NCBI GenBank assembly: GCA_964187785.1
Contig: OZ076417.1
Location: 36,890,001 to 36,954,000 of the forward strand
DNA from: Amphiscolops sp. MND2022
Taxonomy: Eukaryota
Length of the DNA stretch: 64,000 nt
Direction of reading: 5' to 3'
The position numbers were made by a program, and so were the translations under genes. A model generated the notes under the pieces. That model did not search any database. It saw only the letters and a program-made list of their open reading frames with translations, and was not told where the DNA came from. Below, in pieces: positions 48,863 through 62,049 of this stretch (positions are counted from its first letter, which is position 1; every line of letters starts with the position of its first letter).

Positions 48863-48948
48863 TTGTTTATACTTGTTTATACTTAAAATTGTTTATACTT
48901 GTACGTTGTTTATGCTCGTTTGTTTATACTTGTACATTGTTTATACTT
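48863..48948 (+). repeat. Six near-tandem TGTTTATAC(T) units
   Basis: ttgtttatact x5 plus ttgtttatgct, with short variable spacers. Confidence 0.9.
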
Positions 48949-49593
48949 TTACGAGCGGTACGTCACATGGCCTTGTCAGGAACCAGCGGATACTTGCTCT
49001 CTCTAAAAACCGAATGTCACATCCCCAATGCGAAACAGGCATTCAAATGCACATATGTAATGATATTGGCCGTGGTGCTAGTGCTTACAAGTGTGGGTTT
49101 TGTTGATGCAGTTTTTCACTGCCCCCATTATCAGTTGCGTCCTGTTGATAATAAGCGGCAGCAAGTTTCATGATGGTTGGTTTCGAATTAGATTAGGTCA
49201 ATTATCAAACGAAGGGTTGTTTTCCTTAAAGTAGCCCTAGTAACTTGGCTCTGCGTACTACATTTTCTTTTTTTTTCGGTTGACTGCGATTGATTGGCAA
49301 CAGGGGTTAATTTAAATATCTAAACAAACAAAGGATACGAAATGAGCTTTCGGATTTTGTTGGAAATTTTAAGTTTGATAGTTGCCGACTTTAGTTGAAG
49401 AAACAGCTCCAAATTAAAACTATCCTTGTATATGCGGCCCACATTTGTGAGCACCTGGCGTTTTTCTGTGAAAAGGATAAAAAAATTACGCTCCTTGTCT
49501 GCATAAACAATATCTCTTGATGATTAGTGGACCCACACAAAGCATACTTGCGTGTAATGAAAAAAGTCAGTATAATGGATGGATCGAAGCTCT

Positions 49594-49970
49594 TACTTGG
49601 ACGTGGTACGAATATTGCTGTAATGGGTAAGTTATGGACTCATGCAACTTCAGAATGTACGGCTTCTCTGGAAGAGGTGCAAACAAGTTCATTGCAATGG
49701 CTATGACGTCAGCTGAAACACTCATTAAGTTGTTCCATTTTTTTTGTAGTTATTAATGGTTTGTTATCACCCGTTTGGTGCGAAAAAGCTTCAGAATTGG
49801 AAAATCCAAAAAAAAAATGTTTTTCTAGGTAGGCTATACATTTTAGATTTGGAAATGAGTAACCCTTAACTAAAAAAACAATATTAGGTATATACATTTT
49901 TATGGTTTGAGTTACTAGTTCACCAGTTATCTCCATAGTTTCCCTCCATACAAAAAACACATGTATCACA
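49594..49970. repeat. Dispersed repeat, copy of 1-380
   Basis: See feature 1-380. Confidence 0.9.
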
Positions 49971-49989
49971 AAAAGTCAAACAATGACCC

Positions 49990-52900
49990 AATGGGGTGAA
50001 TAGTAATTCGTGTATGACAATTTATTCACGATGAATGCTATTTCTACAGTGAGGGTAGGTATAAAGATGAATTGATTACACAGTTTCTAATTAGTAGGTA
50101 TCAAAAACAGCATCAAGTAAAAGTATGTAATTGACATTTGCTAATTGACAACTAATTCTTTGTAAACAATTTCAACCTGCATCTTTTCCCTTCTCGCGTG
50201 ATTGGTGATGTAGCTGGCAATCATATCGGATGTGTCGTAAAAACCTGTTCATTTTGGTTGTGGTCTGTCACGGGTAACCGGTATGGGTAGAATTCGGTGA
50301 ACAGCTGCGGTCTGTTATAGCTTCTATATTCCCTTGTTGTTGAGGACACCCGATTCAGAAACCGTATTGTATTTTTTATTATACTCATATGAAACATTAC
50401 TGTAGGAATGTGGGTTAATTTACCTTCGTTTGGGACTTGTCTTATTAGGACGTTTTGACCGTCTACATAGAGTTCCGGTTATTCTAAATATAGGTATTTG
50501 TTTTAGTCGGACTATAGTACTGGAGCGCCAACTGTTATCCAACTCGATGTTTGAGTTATCTGGGTCGAATATCTATTCTGGGTCGGTCGAACTCTCTTTG
50601 GTCAGGAGTTCCGCCCGCCTCTTTTGTCAAACGGTGTATCGAGTTCCCGTATTTGCTTGGTGATCTAAATTGCGTGTTTCTACTCCGAATAATAGCTTGT
50701 CATCCGCGGCCGAGTCCAGAGAGCTTCGGCGCTATGAAAATGGCTGTAGTGTCCACCACTGCCTCTTCGCTAGAGGTTATGCTGTTCATCAGTTTTTCTG
50801 ATCCATTGGTTTGTTGTATGCTTTGTTTGCGTTCCGGACGTTTTTTTGCCACGTCCATCTAGTCCGTTCATGTTTGGTCCCCGTTAAAAAAATGATTGAT
50901 TTACGCAACATTGTTTGTGAATAAGCCGATTACCTATAGCAGGTACATGTTCGGTTAGTCTTGCTTCGCTTATGGCGGTACGGGAATTGTTTCTCATGGA
51001 CTTTTATTTTCATTCTTTGAATGCTTTTTGTATCAAAGAACGCTATTAGTTGTTTACTGACTTCATCTTGGGAAACTTGTCGCTTCGTTTTTATTGGTAG
51101 GTGGCCGTCAATAGCATCGCCAACTACCGAAAAAGATTATGCCGTATGAATATGAAATTTCGCTGGGTGTGCTGGAAAATAGCTACCTATATAGATTTCC
51201 TGTAGATCACAGCTCGGCAAGTAGTTAACTTCCGTAATCGGTTTTCACCTTTGGAGCATTTCAGAAGCATTGTTCCAAAACCAGTCGTGGGGAGCATTAT
51301 CACTAACGCCATGTTGAGCCTTTCATTGATCCATAGATTCGCCGACTATCAGGTTGGTTTAGTAGGCCACCTATCGACGTTCTAATTGTTCTTTCTACGA
51401 CCACTTTCAGTGTGGATATACGCTGTGCTGTGTGATATAGTAACTCTATGGAAATTTCCTTAAAAAACGACCTGAAAATGTTTCTGTTGAACGCTGTTCT
51501 TTTGTCGGTTCTAATAGGGTTTAGTATACTGTGCAGTTCCAACGTACTTGTCTAAAAAGTTCGTAGCTGTTGTACCATCAGATACTCTCCAACAAAACGA
51601 TTGCGGTCATTTACAGAACCAATACCGATAGTAGGATGTACTATTATGTACTTGGAACCATTAGGTTTAACCATTCGGTTCGTTTATTGGTAAAGAAAGT
51701 TTCTTTCGGTTTTTGGAAAGGACTGCTTATTAATTCTCTACCAAAAGTTTTGCAGGGTTAGCATGTCTCACATTTTGCTGGTGTAACCTCTTGCATTCGT
51801 GGCCACCAAACACAATGGGCTGTCTCAGACAAGTAACAATGAATTCGAATAAACCCCAAAGGGGGAAGGATAAGGAGAAACTATCAACCGGAACACAACC
51901 TTTGGGAACCGGTGTTAGTTATATGACACAACCGATACGACTGACCGGCTACAACAACAGTTATGCGAGAAGGGGAATGGAACAGAGTGACATTGTTTAC
52001 AAAGAGTTCAGTTGTCAATTTGCATACGTCACTTGTATAATCCTGATTGATGCTCTATTTGTTACGTACAAGTCGGAAAATACGTATTCAATTCTTTTCA
52101 ACCTACTCTCAGAGCCAATTGGCTTTAATCTAGACGTATTTTACACGAATTGTTCTTTTTACGAATGGAGGTTAGTGTTACGAGCATCACTAAGCTCGCC
52201 ATTTTCTTCGTTTTCAAAGCTGATTACCCTATTCGGGGTAAGACAAGACTTTGTTGCGCGGTTGCTGAGAGTTTCAGGGATCTGAGTTAGGTTTTCCTTG
52301 TTATTAGTTTTGAGAACGTGGAGTGTATCCTTTTGGGATTGCACAAACAGGGTTTTAATCTCCGTCGACAACTCTTTTCTTTATGTCAGCCTTGAATTTC
52401 TTCAAATCTAAGTTACTCGTATTCTCTACAAAACCTCTTGACGTTTTACCTTATCATCCAATTCGACACTTTCTACTTTTGGAAAATTTGGATAACGAAG
52501 TTTCCAAAGCTTCTTCACTAACTAAAGCGGAAGCCTTCCTTTTCTAGTGTCTTGAATTCAATTTCTGTTTCTTGAATTAAGTTTCGGTTACAACGAAAGC
52601 AAAGTTAACAGTTTAACGATTAACAATATTAATCGCGTACCCAAAGTTGTTCCCAAAATCTTAGTCACGAACCCAAGTCGGAACCCTAAACTGAAGTTAT
52701 TCACGTGTACCGATATGTTGTCGTCGTTTGATACCTTTAAGCATAATAGTCGCTGATCCTGAAAAGAAGCCTCGTCAAATATCTCTTGAGTCACTGGATC
52801 ACCAATTAAGGTAAGATTGGGAAAAAAGTCGACAACTTTGGTGGAAGCCGGTTATGCGAAATTTCATTATCATCGAAACAACCCCAGTTTTTTTTAAAAA

Positions 52901-53010
52901 TGGCGGCAAAATATATTGATATAACCCACGCGGATGTGAACAATATGTTTGAACGCTGATCTGTGAAAGGAAAAATTTGCGGAACTACAATTGTCAAAAG
53001 AAACAACAGG
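49990..53010 (-). mobile_element. Internally deleted, decayed Gypsy element (5' coiled-coil ORF joined to integrase)
   Basis: IRTDKRTAFNRNIFRSFFKEISIEL...VVERTIRT integrase core (51303-51542); WWP..C..C finger remnant near 51780; 5' ORF remnant at 52000-52560; 3' part shared with 11290-12180. Confidence 0.7.
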
Positions 53011-54599
53011 AATTACGAACTTACAAAAAGTGAAACAAGCACGATCCCAAATAAAAGGTGGTCTTGAAATTCATAACCAACACTTAAATGCATTGAGAGG
53101 AAGACCTGAAACATGGTTTTGGACATCATTCTGATAGTAGAGTATCAATCCACAAAACAACGTGTGAGATATACAACACAATCAAGAAATTTCATGAGTT
53201 GACAAGTTGCAGTATAATCCTGGTCGAAAAGACGCGTCATACATAATGGAATAAAATGTCCTCAGAGCGTAAGTTCAGTGAGACAGTATTAATGAGTGTG
53301 AGCATCGGAATTGGAATCCTGTGAGCTTTTGCTTTTATAAGGGATCATAGTTTTAAAAAGGCAGCAGAAAAAGTACTGTGTTGCGATATGTTTAAAATAG
53401 ACTTCACAGTGTTACACTTATGACTGAAATATCAATTCTGAGAGATGGCCTAATAGTGACGTAATGCCGACGTATAATTTTTTGAGTAGTTCGTTGAAAC
53501 ATGTTTAAAACGTGTCGGTTACATTTGGGGAACCCATGTCAACCAAATAAGTTAAAGTTTTTACTAACTCTCCTTGTGTATCAGTCCTAGATTGACAAAA
53601 TTCAAGTGCAATATTGAAATGAAGTATATGGAAAGCTGTTCCCTGTTGGTTGTTTTCCTGTTTGATTATGTAAATCGTGATCATTAGTAAGATTTTCTTT
53701 CATTGCTTGGTTTATCTTTCTACTTTAGTGATTGAGCTGGGTATTGAGATTATAACTCATCCCAGCATTTTTCGAAAGTATTCTTTGGCCCATCTTTTAG
53801 TAAGATACAATTATTATTCTTATTCAACATCAGACTCTTGACGTAAATTGAATCTTTATTAGCTTGTGATTTATTTGTCTCTCACTTTTGTGACGTAGTT
53901 TTGACGTACATCGATATTCTTTTAGCTTGCATCTGAATCTACTCGTTTCACTAGAGATGTACTTGAACCGTGGAATGGTACGCAGTCCTAAACCGGGATT
54001 AGTGCGTGTCATTGAGGTGAGTAGCGTTCCCGTTTCAATCAATTTATTTAACTAACTGGAATTATCCACCTTACTTGATCGTGATTGGTTAACAAACCCT
54101 TAAGCGGTAGTAGGCAGTCTAAATTCACGTCAACGCTACGTCAATTAATTTTTCTGTAATATTTCTTTCACAATAACAACACGAAGGTGTTAACAATGCT
54201 AGCGCTCAACCGTCATCAGAGAGTTTGCGCTACTAGGCTCAGAGCTCAACTCTAACTTTTTGTCAACGCCAGTTCGTTCTTAATAAATTAGTGGTCTTGA
54301 TTTCTGGAGGCAAGATTTCAGTATTTCGTAACGGTCGTCGCCCATAGGTGCATTGTCATGCCTATCTATTCACGTTACCAGGAAAACTTAGGGCGATACG
54401 AGCTCTTTATTTATTTGGTTTGAGGTTTCATCCCTCAAATCTTAGGAAAAAGTTTCTGGTCACAGTTTTATTTGTTTTAGTTTGGGTTATTTGGTTCCAA
54501 CAGTATTTCATATTCATTTTGCATTCGTGTCCTCTTCCGAACTGCATAAGTCTGCAGCTGCATGCCAGTCCTGGAGCGGTCTGTGACAGTTAGACATTC

Positions 54600-54910
54600 A
54601 AAAACAATTACAAAAACTCTTGATTTTGAGTTATTCGGACAATTTAGGTCGCGAGAAATGAACACTACTGATGAAGCAGAAGGATATCCGGAACAAGAAC
54701 ACTCGTTGACTTTCTCAGCCAAGGACCTTAGAGACACAACTGTAGAACAGACATGTGAGCTTCAGAGCAAATTGCTGATGGAAACGCTTTACACAGTAGG
54801 TAAGATAGAAACATGATCTTGACCTGTCGAAGGTGATTTTCGACAAGAAAATATTAGAACTCTTTCGTTAGCAGCTAAAAACGGAGATAAATGAAAACTT
54901 TGTATGGATC
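54600..54910 (+). repeat. Dispersed coding-like repeat related to 430-720
   Basis: See feature 430-720. Confidence 0.8.
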
Positions 54911-56204
54911 AATGGACAACCAGCCTTAATTGAGATGACGAAAATCCTACAACATCACTTCCGTTACACCAGCTTTATCCTCACCGGGCCTAAATTATAC
55001 ACCGGAGGAAACAATTACCACAGCATAACGGACTTCTTCGAGGTACAACGCGGAAATATTCACTAATTTGCGTATTTATTCTGTAAATGATTGAAGTTCT
55101 GATTCCGCCATGTTGTAAAATAGGAATTCGGGTACAATATTTGAACAACGTTCTTTCTACACTAATGTTACATATAAAGGTAAGTTGAAAACATAGTTAG
55201 TGACTAGTACGTAACCAAAAGAACATCATTTAGTAAGATACAATTTTCTTATTCTAATTGACAACTCCTTGTTTATATTCCGCCCACATATAATGTGGGA
55301 GGAAAATCATGATCTGTGTTGCGTTTTTTTTCCAAATTCTGCCAGATCTCCTCCCAGATTCTTCATCGACCTCACTTATTACTTTACTATTTTAGTTACT
55401 TGACTATTCTAGTTTCAGATATGAAGTGGATGGAAGAAGTAGTGGTTGGAGATTGATATGGAGATCATTAGATATTTCATGAGGAAAATGAGAAAACGCA
55501 ATTGGAGAAAACAACGCAATTGACGGAGAAGAACAGAAAAAGTATAACAAGGCCGAAAATTTTCCCGGCGCTTAGCGGGCGTCTTGTTTTCGGACAAATT
55601 GTGCCATGATCATCATTCGAGAAAATTTCATACTACGATTCCTTCGTGGATTCTGTGTTTTCTATACATCGGATATAACATAGCATAACGTTGTTATGTT
55701 TTTAACTGCTGTTGTTAGCAGTCACTTCATTTTGGTACTCAATGAGTTGTCAAGGCAACAGTTATCTGGGTTGTCTACATAATGCATTTTGACTCTGGGC
55801 TCTTTTTTCTAGAGGACGACAACTCGTTCAATAAATCATCAGTCGCAGTCGAGGAAGATCTAAACACATACTGTTTTCGGTGCTAATATGTTTTTGCATT
55901 CATTTGAAAACAACCCATTTTTGATTTTCCTTTATATAAGAATTTTTAAATAGGTATTTCCTGTATTTCCTCCCCCAATAAATATTTTGTTTTGATTTTT
56001 GTAGTCTAAGAAAACGAAGCTGCTAAATCATGCAGTAGAACATGGAGCGCATTGAATGACCATATTCTGAGAAAAAGGAGCCAAATCATAAAAACCCGAG
56101 TTTCTTTATCGGGTCATAATGAAAAATCATGCGTTACATGGAAACATACAGTAAAAAACTGGTTTCTATGAAACGATATTACAATAGTATGAAGTCGAAC
56201 AAGT

Positions 56205-57065
56205 CAAAAAATGACCAATTATAAAGCTATTAAATCATAGAATGATCGTTTACGAAAACATTTGTATCCCACAATGGCCATATTTGAACCCATTTCTATT
56301 AAAGGAGGACCATAGAATAATTTTGTAATTAGGGCATCCAGTTTACATATAACGAAACCAGGTACAATAGTGTGAGAAATAAAATGAGCCTTTTTTTTAA
56401 AAAAAAAATGGAATTATCCCAAAACAAAAAAGTTCTGAATTCTGCTATCATCAAGGATATCGGAAAATCAAATGAACTAACACTCTGCAGTTTTGTTGCG
56501 CACTTGAAATGTAGGTTTACAAATAATGAAGAAACTTCTTAAACTCATTTTTCAATTATTGTATTCAGCACTGAACTGATAGATGCGACAGAATTTAGTA
56601 ACATTTGGCACCTATTTTGTAACTTTTGTCTATTTGACAGGTACGTCTTATTTTTGAAGAAATTCAATTGTTTTACATTGAGAAAATTGGTGTTATGTTT
56701 TTGATAAGAGTTTTTCATAATTTCACTGCACATATTACCTTAAGACGTGTGATACAACTTTTTTGCTGAAACGATTGGGAATTCCGTTTTCGGTTTCGTT
56801 TTTTTTCGAAAAAAAGAAAATCAACAGAATCTGAGTTTATCCCTCATCCCAACCATTCAATTTTTCTTTCCATTACCCTAGGTTTATGGGTAAAAAAGAT
56901 ATTGAATCACCCAGTGGAATGACAGCTGTGTCTACAGTCAGTCCAAGTTATTCCTTACAACCGAAGATTCAATTCTCGACTGATACTTTTGTATGAACTA
57001 CATGCTGAGCAACAATGGCTAGCTACTGTACACTATTATTAAGCCGTTGAAAATCCGACGAATTT
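56205..57065. repeat. Dispersed repeat, copy of 6010-6825
   Basis: See feature 6010-6825. Confidence 0.85.
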
Positions 57066-58242
57066 CTTTCAAACTAATGCAATTGTCACAGCCCCGCCTG
57101 AGCTGCGAGTATTGCAACAAACACAACCCAGTCTTCGAAGAATAAATTGGGAAAAGAACAAAAGAAGAGGAAATAGACAGCTGACAAACAATCAGAAACA
57201 AAGGAGCTAAACAATATAAATTTGAAGTTAAATAAATAAATATATGCATAGTAGTATTTTTATCATAATAATGTACACTTATATAAATACGTACTTACGA
57301 AATAACGGAGCTATTCGTACAGTTAATAATAATACAATACTATGTAATAATAATAATCGAATTGCACCGCTCAGTGAACGAACCGAGAAATTAAAGACGG
57401 AACTGAGGCCTGGCAGCCGGCCTCAAATACTCGCACTGAAGCGGCGGCCTGGCAGGCAGCCTGAGAATTATAAACTCAGTGAACTAATATGCAAGTGCGC
57501 GCTATAGTGAATACATGTAAATGAACTAATGTCTAGTGCAGTGATTTATTAACAATACAAGTGCAAATATACCAACGATTGAGATTTCTGTGCTAACTTA
57601 ATAGAACATCACGTACCGTGGCCTGGGATGCGGCCTGAGAATTACATACGATGAATCAATCACGAAAGTGAAAGATGATGATGCTATCATGTAACTTTGT
57701 CTCGAAATGAATCTAGAGATTATTATTTATGATCTTAAACTATATCGTCGTTTAAAATATCACATACAACGTTCTTTTACATGTAAATTTTGATTAATCT
57801 ATAAACAGGCCTGAACCGCAGCCTGGACCAAAGATTTAGTACTGAATATCAAACCAAGTGTTAATAACATGTATATCCTGTTCCCTGAATCTGTTGCCGT
57901 TTAATTGCATTAAATACCTTTCTGAACAATGTATCTGATGCTGTTTATAATTAATAGTTGCTTTACCCATTGGACAAATTTGCCCGTCCCGGACTATGGC
58001 CTGGGACCAGACTTCGTGATCTTAACCAAAAATCAGAGCCGTAAATACTGTAGAAGCAATTCTACCCTTTTCATTTAAAACTTAATGTGTGATTCAGGTT
58101 TAATTTCATCCAAATTGTTGCTGATTTATTTAATCTAGAGAATTATTTGTAAAGGAAAATTGGTTGTCATCATTTTTTCCCAATTTTGTGCAGTTAATCA
58201 ATCTTGTTCAGTGACTCATTGCGCGTGTCTTTGATAATTTTT

Positions 58243-58418
58243 TTCAGTTCGGCGTCCTGAAAAAGCGGGAGATTGGAGGCGAAGGGAAGCGGAGTCGCAA
58301 CTCAGGCCGGAAGTGGACGCGTGCTTTCTTCGGAAAGCATGAACAAGCTGAAAGCCTGAGTTCGACAAAGCGGAACTGAACTTCCTGTTTCCCTGCCTCG
58401 GACGGACGCCGGACTGAA
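58243..58418 (+). ncRNA. Candidate structured RNA/cis element (four nested helices, cUUCGg tetraloop)
   Basis: 58243-57 pairs with 58404-18; 58276-94 with 58381-99; 58294-307 with 58354-66; CGTGCTTTC-TTCG-GAAAGCATG at 58320-41; most mismatches are G-U compatible. Confidence 0.5.
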
Positions 58419-58639
58419 CAAAATGTGAAGTATGTTCGTGTCTTTTCCCCAATTCCCGGGATGGAAAGTATAAATACAATGCGAGCTAGAAGCCATTTTT
58501 AGTTGAATTTTGTTATTTTGCGAAACAATTATTTTTCGTTTAACGATAATTGAAAATCTTGAAACGTCACACTTTGTCACTTGAGAAATTGCTCTAATTT
58601 CCTTAAAAAGAAAATCGAGAATTATCAAGCCTAAGTAAG

Positions 58640-59038
58640 ATGCCAGAACGTAGCTCCAAAAGAAAAGCCAGAAGAGAGTCCCCTGTGAACTCTTTAGACG
58701 AACCTGAATCTTCTAGCATGAGAACTGAAAACGCTGTTAGTTTGTCCGATAGAGATTTTACGGAATTATCTGAAAAGATAGAAAAATCTGTAAGTAAAAG
58801 AATCAAAGACGCAGAAGTTGGACAGCCAGCGATTCTGAAGATGATAGAGAACCTGACTTCTAAAATCGATACACTGACAGAAAGAGCGCCTAACAACGTG
58901 CGTCATGGTCCCGACGACGAGGATGCAGAAAACGCGGAATATAGATATAGACTAGTTGAACCAAGTGATTTGCTCCCGAATCACGGTCAACACAGCAATG
59001 TCAATAACTTAATGTGGCGATTTTGTTTGCTGGTATGA
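58640..59038 (+). pseudogene. Retroelement-type 5' ORF remnant with basic N-terminus and coiled coil
   Basis: MPERSSKRKARRES...DFTELSEKIEKSVSKRIKDAE..ILKMIENLTSKIDTL. Confidence 0.55.
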
Positions 59039-59242
59039 GAATCTACTGAATTTTCCCAAAACTTTTTGGGAATTTGCGGCTCTGGGGCACCCTTCTAGCC
59101 CACTGGATTTTCAGTCCATTATGGTGAAATTTGCTCTTCCCCGCAAATCTAGTGTATTTTGCATGAAAGCATGTACCTTCTCGACTATTGCCGTGTTATA
59201 TTCGTATCTGAAAATTCAGGCTAGATTCAATCTCATTCAGTC

Positions 59243-59539
59243 TCATTGTGACTTGTTTGTGATTTCATCACTGATCATTCTTGTTGTTCCCATAGTAATT
59301 TCACTGTTCTCTCTACTAGTTGTATTAGGCAAAGGTCCAGAGTCTTCTCCTACAAGGTTAGAGTTTCGCTGTAGTCTGTTCGACTCTGAATCCTGATTAA
59401 TATCACTGTCGTTATAACCATTTGTTTCAACGTTTCTTGAATAACTTCCTAACATGATATTTACATTTTCCAGATCAGACCTTACGTCCGATTGTCTGGT
59501 TCTCTTTTCTCTAGCTTTCTGCTTTCTAGTTGAAGGCAT
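59243..59539 (-). pseudogene. MPSTRKQKA-family 5' ORF remnant
   Basis: Paralogous to 8760-9410. Confidence 0.7.
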
Positions 59540-60179
59540 CGGAGAAAGTGTTCGTTCTAAGGTTTTGTTATTGAGCTTGTGATATTAACAGCTAGTTTTA
59601 GAGAAATGTAGGTGTATCCGTAATATTAGGCAAATGAGTAGCGTTTGTATGGTATTTTGCAATTCAGGATTGTGTTCTTTTGGTCACAAACTCCTGCTGT
59701 GTATAGAAAATTGTGGATGACACGCAAAATTATGCGAGTCATTGCTAAAATCAGCCCTTAGGGTCACAAGAACAACAGATCTAAAGTATTTATAACTACG
59801 TATTACAGGCGATCATGATTGGCAGCAAGCAAAATTACATGATATTCTATTTCAATGCAAATGTGGTATGTAACAATAGCACCTTAATGGACGATGAGTC
59901 CGTCCGGCTAGAAGCAATGTACAGTGTAACTCTAATCTGATTGCACGAACTAAAACCGGACAACGCGTACAGTAATCTTCTAGAGTGAATTACTTGAACG
60001 CGTTTCCGTCTCTTTGAAAAACTGCATGCTATTTTATCAATCATTACAAATTTTACACTTGTTATCTGATTATATCCAGTGCACAATTTACTAAATTCGT
60101 CTAGCAATTGATCAGACACAGATTATTTTAAAAGAAACAAAACATCCAATAATAAAAAAATTGAGTTGTGCTGTTGCCA

Positions 60180-61062
60180 TGCAGACTGAGGGTTTGCTTG
60201 CTTTAAATAAGGTACCTTCTGGGTAGGACTTTAATCTTCAGGTATCTGATTGGCCGGAAAGTCTTGTGGTTGACATTGGTAATACCCCTGTTCAGAAATT
60301 AGTTCCATCTCCCGCAGTTGGTCTCTGATGGAAATTACGAATATCTGATATGTTGCGAATTTCCCCTAGGGACTAAAAGTAAAGTCTCTTGGTTCATGCC
60401 GTTCAAATAGACTTCACGTCTTCTTCGTCGTTCTGCATATCTTTCTTCTCTTCTAGCTGTTGCCTCCAAGCAATTTAGGACAGCAGTTTCGTTCGTTTGC
60501 TCATAAGTGCGAGTGTAAGCAACACTGTCCTCATTTTTAGCGGCGTTAGGTTCCCCACAGCGAGTGCCAATCCTAGGGTTTATCCCCTGTATGCCGGAAT
60601 TTATCGACGCTGCAAAGTCAATGTAATTTGTCTCCGCAAAGTAGTATTGGTCATAACTGAGCCCTCGTTCGTTTAGAGGGAGGGCGTGGGGGACAAGGGA
60701 GTTTCTACTAAGGACGTTAGATTGGCACAGCGATTGATCCGGCAATTGTCGGTTTGACCAGCCCCCTTCGGACCAGCCCTGGTCAGTTCGTTCAGTTGTG
60801 GCTCCTCCGACCACAGGACTTCAAGTTCCGTCCACGGGATTTCGGGCAAGCTAACATTTAAGCACCTAGGAAGATCTGTTGTCATTGACCGCCCAGTTGT
60901 CAATTTCTGTTGCGTGTTGGGGTGGTGTCTGTAACAGGCAATCACTTTAATTTCGGTGTCGCCAGATTGACCCTCTTTCCGAGCGGCAGATAGCGAACCC
61001 ACATCGACTTCCATGTCTTTGTCAGTGCACAGATTATTAGGGCTAATAAACGAAGTGATCAT
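60180..61062 (-). pseudogene. Gag-like N-terminal ORF of a 3'-truncated LTR element
   Basis: Overlapping ORFs 60673-61062 and 60335-60814 lie downstream of a PBS-like site; no diagnostic domain seen. Confidence 0.4.
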
Positions 61063-61448
61063 GTTTTCTTAGGCAAATTGCAATTCCATTTCGTATCAGT
61101 GACGGTGGAGAAAAGAACTATTTAGCAATTTTGAATTTCAGTGATTAGTGACTGTTTTCTATTTCAAAAGTTAGTAGAATGATGTATTCTGAAATTTCAA
61201 TCCCACGAGTCTTCCTCTTTTCTGCGGGCTTTTTCAGGCGGTAAAGAGAATTTCGGAGCTGCCCTAAAATTCTTGCGAGAAAGCTTCCGTGTCATTGTAG
61301 GGTTTTGATTGTAAGCCGGCTCTCATCTCAATGGGTTTTCGAGTGTCTTTGAGTTGTTTGCTTATCAACTTGAAAGTTATAATTTAATGGCTAGAGTGGT
61401 AACTTACGTTATTTGTCAGTAAAAAAAATCACTATCAAAGACCACCGG

Positions 61449-61466
61449 TCCGGGCGGCTACAGCCA
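61449..61466 (-). promoter_or_regulatory. PBS-like site TGGCTGTAGCCGCCCGGA next to a putative LTR starting TGAAG at 61470
   Basis: TGG starts 3 nt from a TG/CA terminus; resembles a tRNA-Ser-type PBS (TGGCGTAGCCG) with one extra base. Confidence 0.5.
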
Positions 61467-62049
61467 TTATGAAGTCGATGAAGAAAATTCGGCGCGAAGC
61501 GAGAATAAAGATGATGAAAATAAGTGAAATATAAATGTATGGTGGTGATAGAGTAAGTGGCGAATTGGATAAAAGTACATGAATTTCACTGGCAAGTTCT
61601 ATCTACGGTGAAAGAGGTTATAAATAAGTAGGTTTGCAATAAATATGTAAGGTGTGTAAAGCTAATTGAGAATCAGTCTGAGGCCACGACGTCCATTTCA
61701 CTAGAGTCAATTGAGTATCTAGTTAGGAGTCTCAAACCACAATAAAATGACTATAAAGAGTTCAGCACAGTACTGGTAAATTTGTTGAGTTACCCTAACA
61801 GGATATAACATTTTCATTGTGTCTACCTTAGAGTACTTTCCTGTCCAATTTAATACAGTTCAAGTGATCTTTAACGTCATTGAAAATGCTCATTGTCCAT
61901 GAATCAGTCCGTTTACTTCAACCACCCCGACCAGTAGTTTTTACAGTGACAACTCATACTACTAACCAGTGGCTAGTTAGGGTAACAGTTGGAATTAGCG
62001 TAGGAAATTGTCAGGAAATTGTTGTTGATTAATTACTTGGAGCTTCCAT

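Noticed and set aside
57400-58012. Repeat-spacer pattern superficially like CRISPR
   Set aside because: The repeats are short and degenerate, spacers are ~160 bp, the context is eukaryotic, and there are no cas genes. Reported instead as a motif array.
58299-58325. CAGGCCGGAAG resembles SRP RNA helix 8
   Set aside because: The pairing context differs and the conserved AGCAG partner strand is missing.
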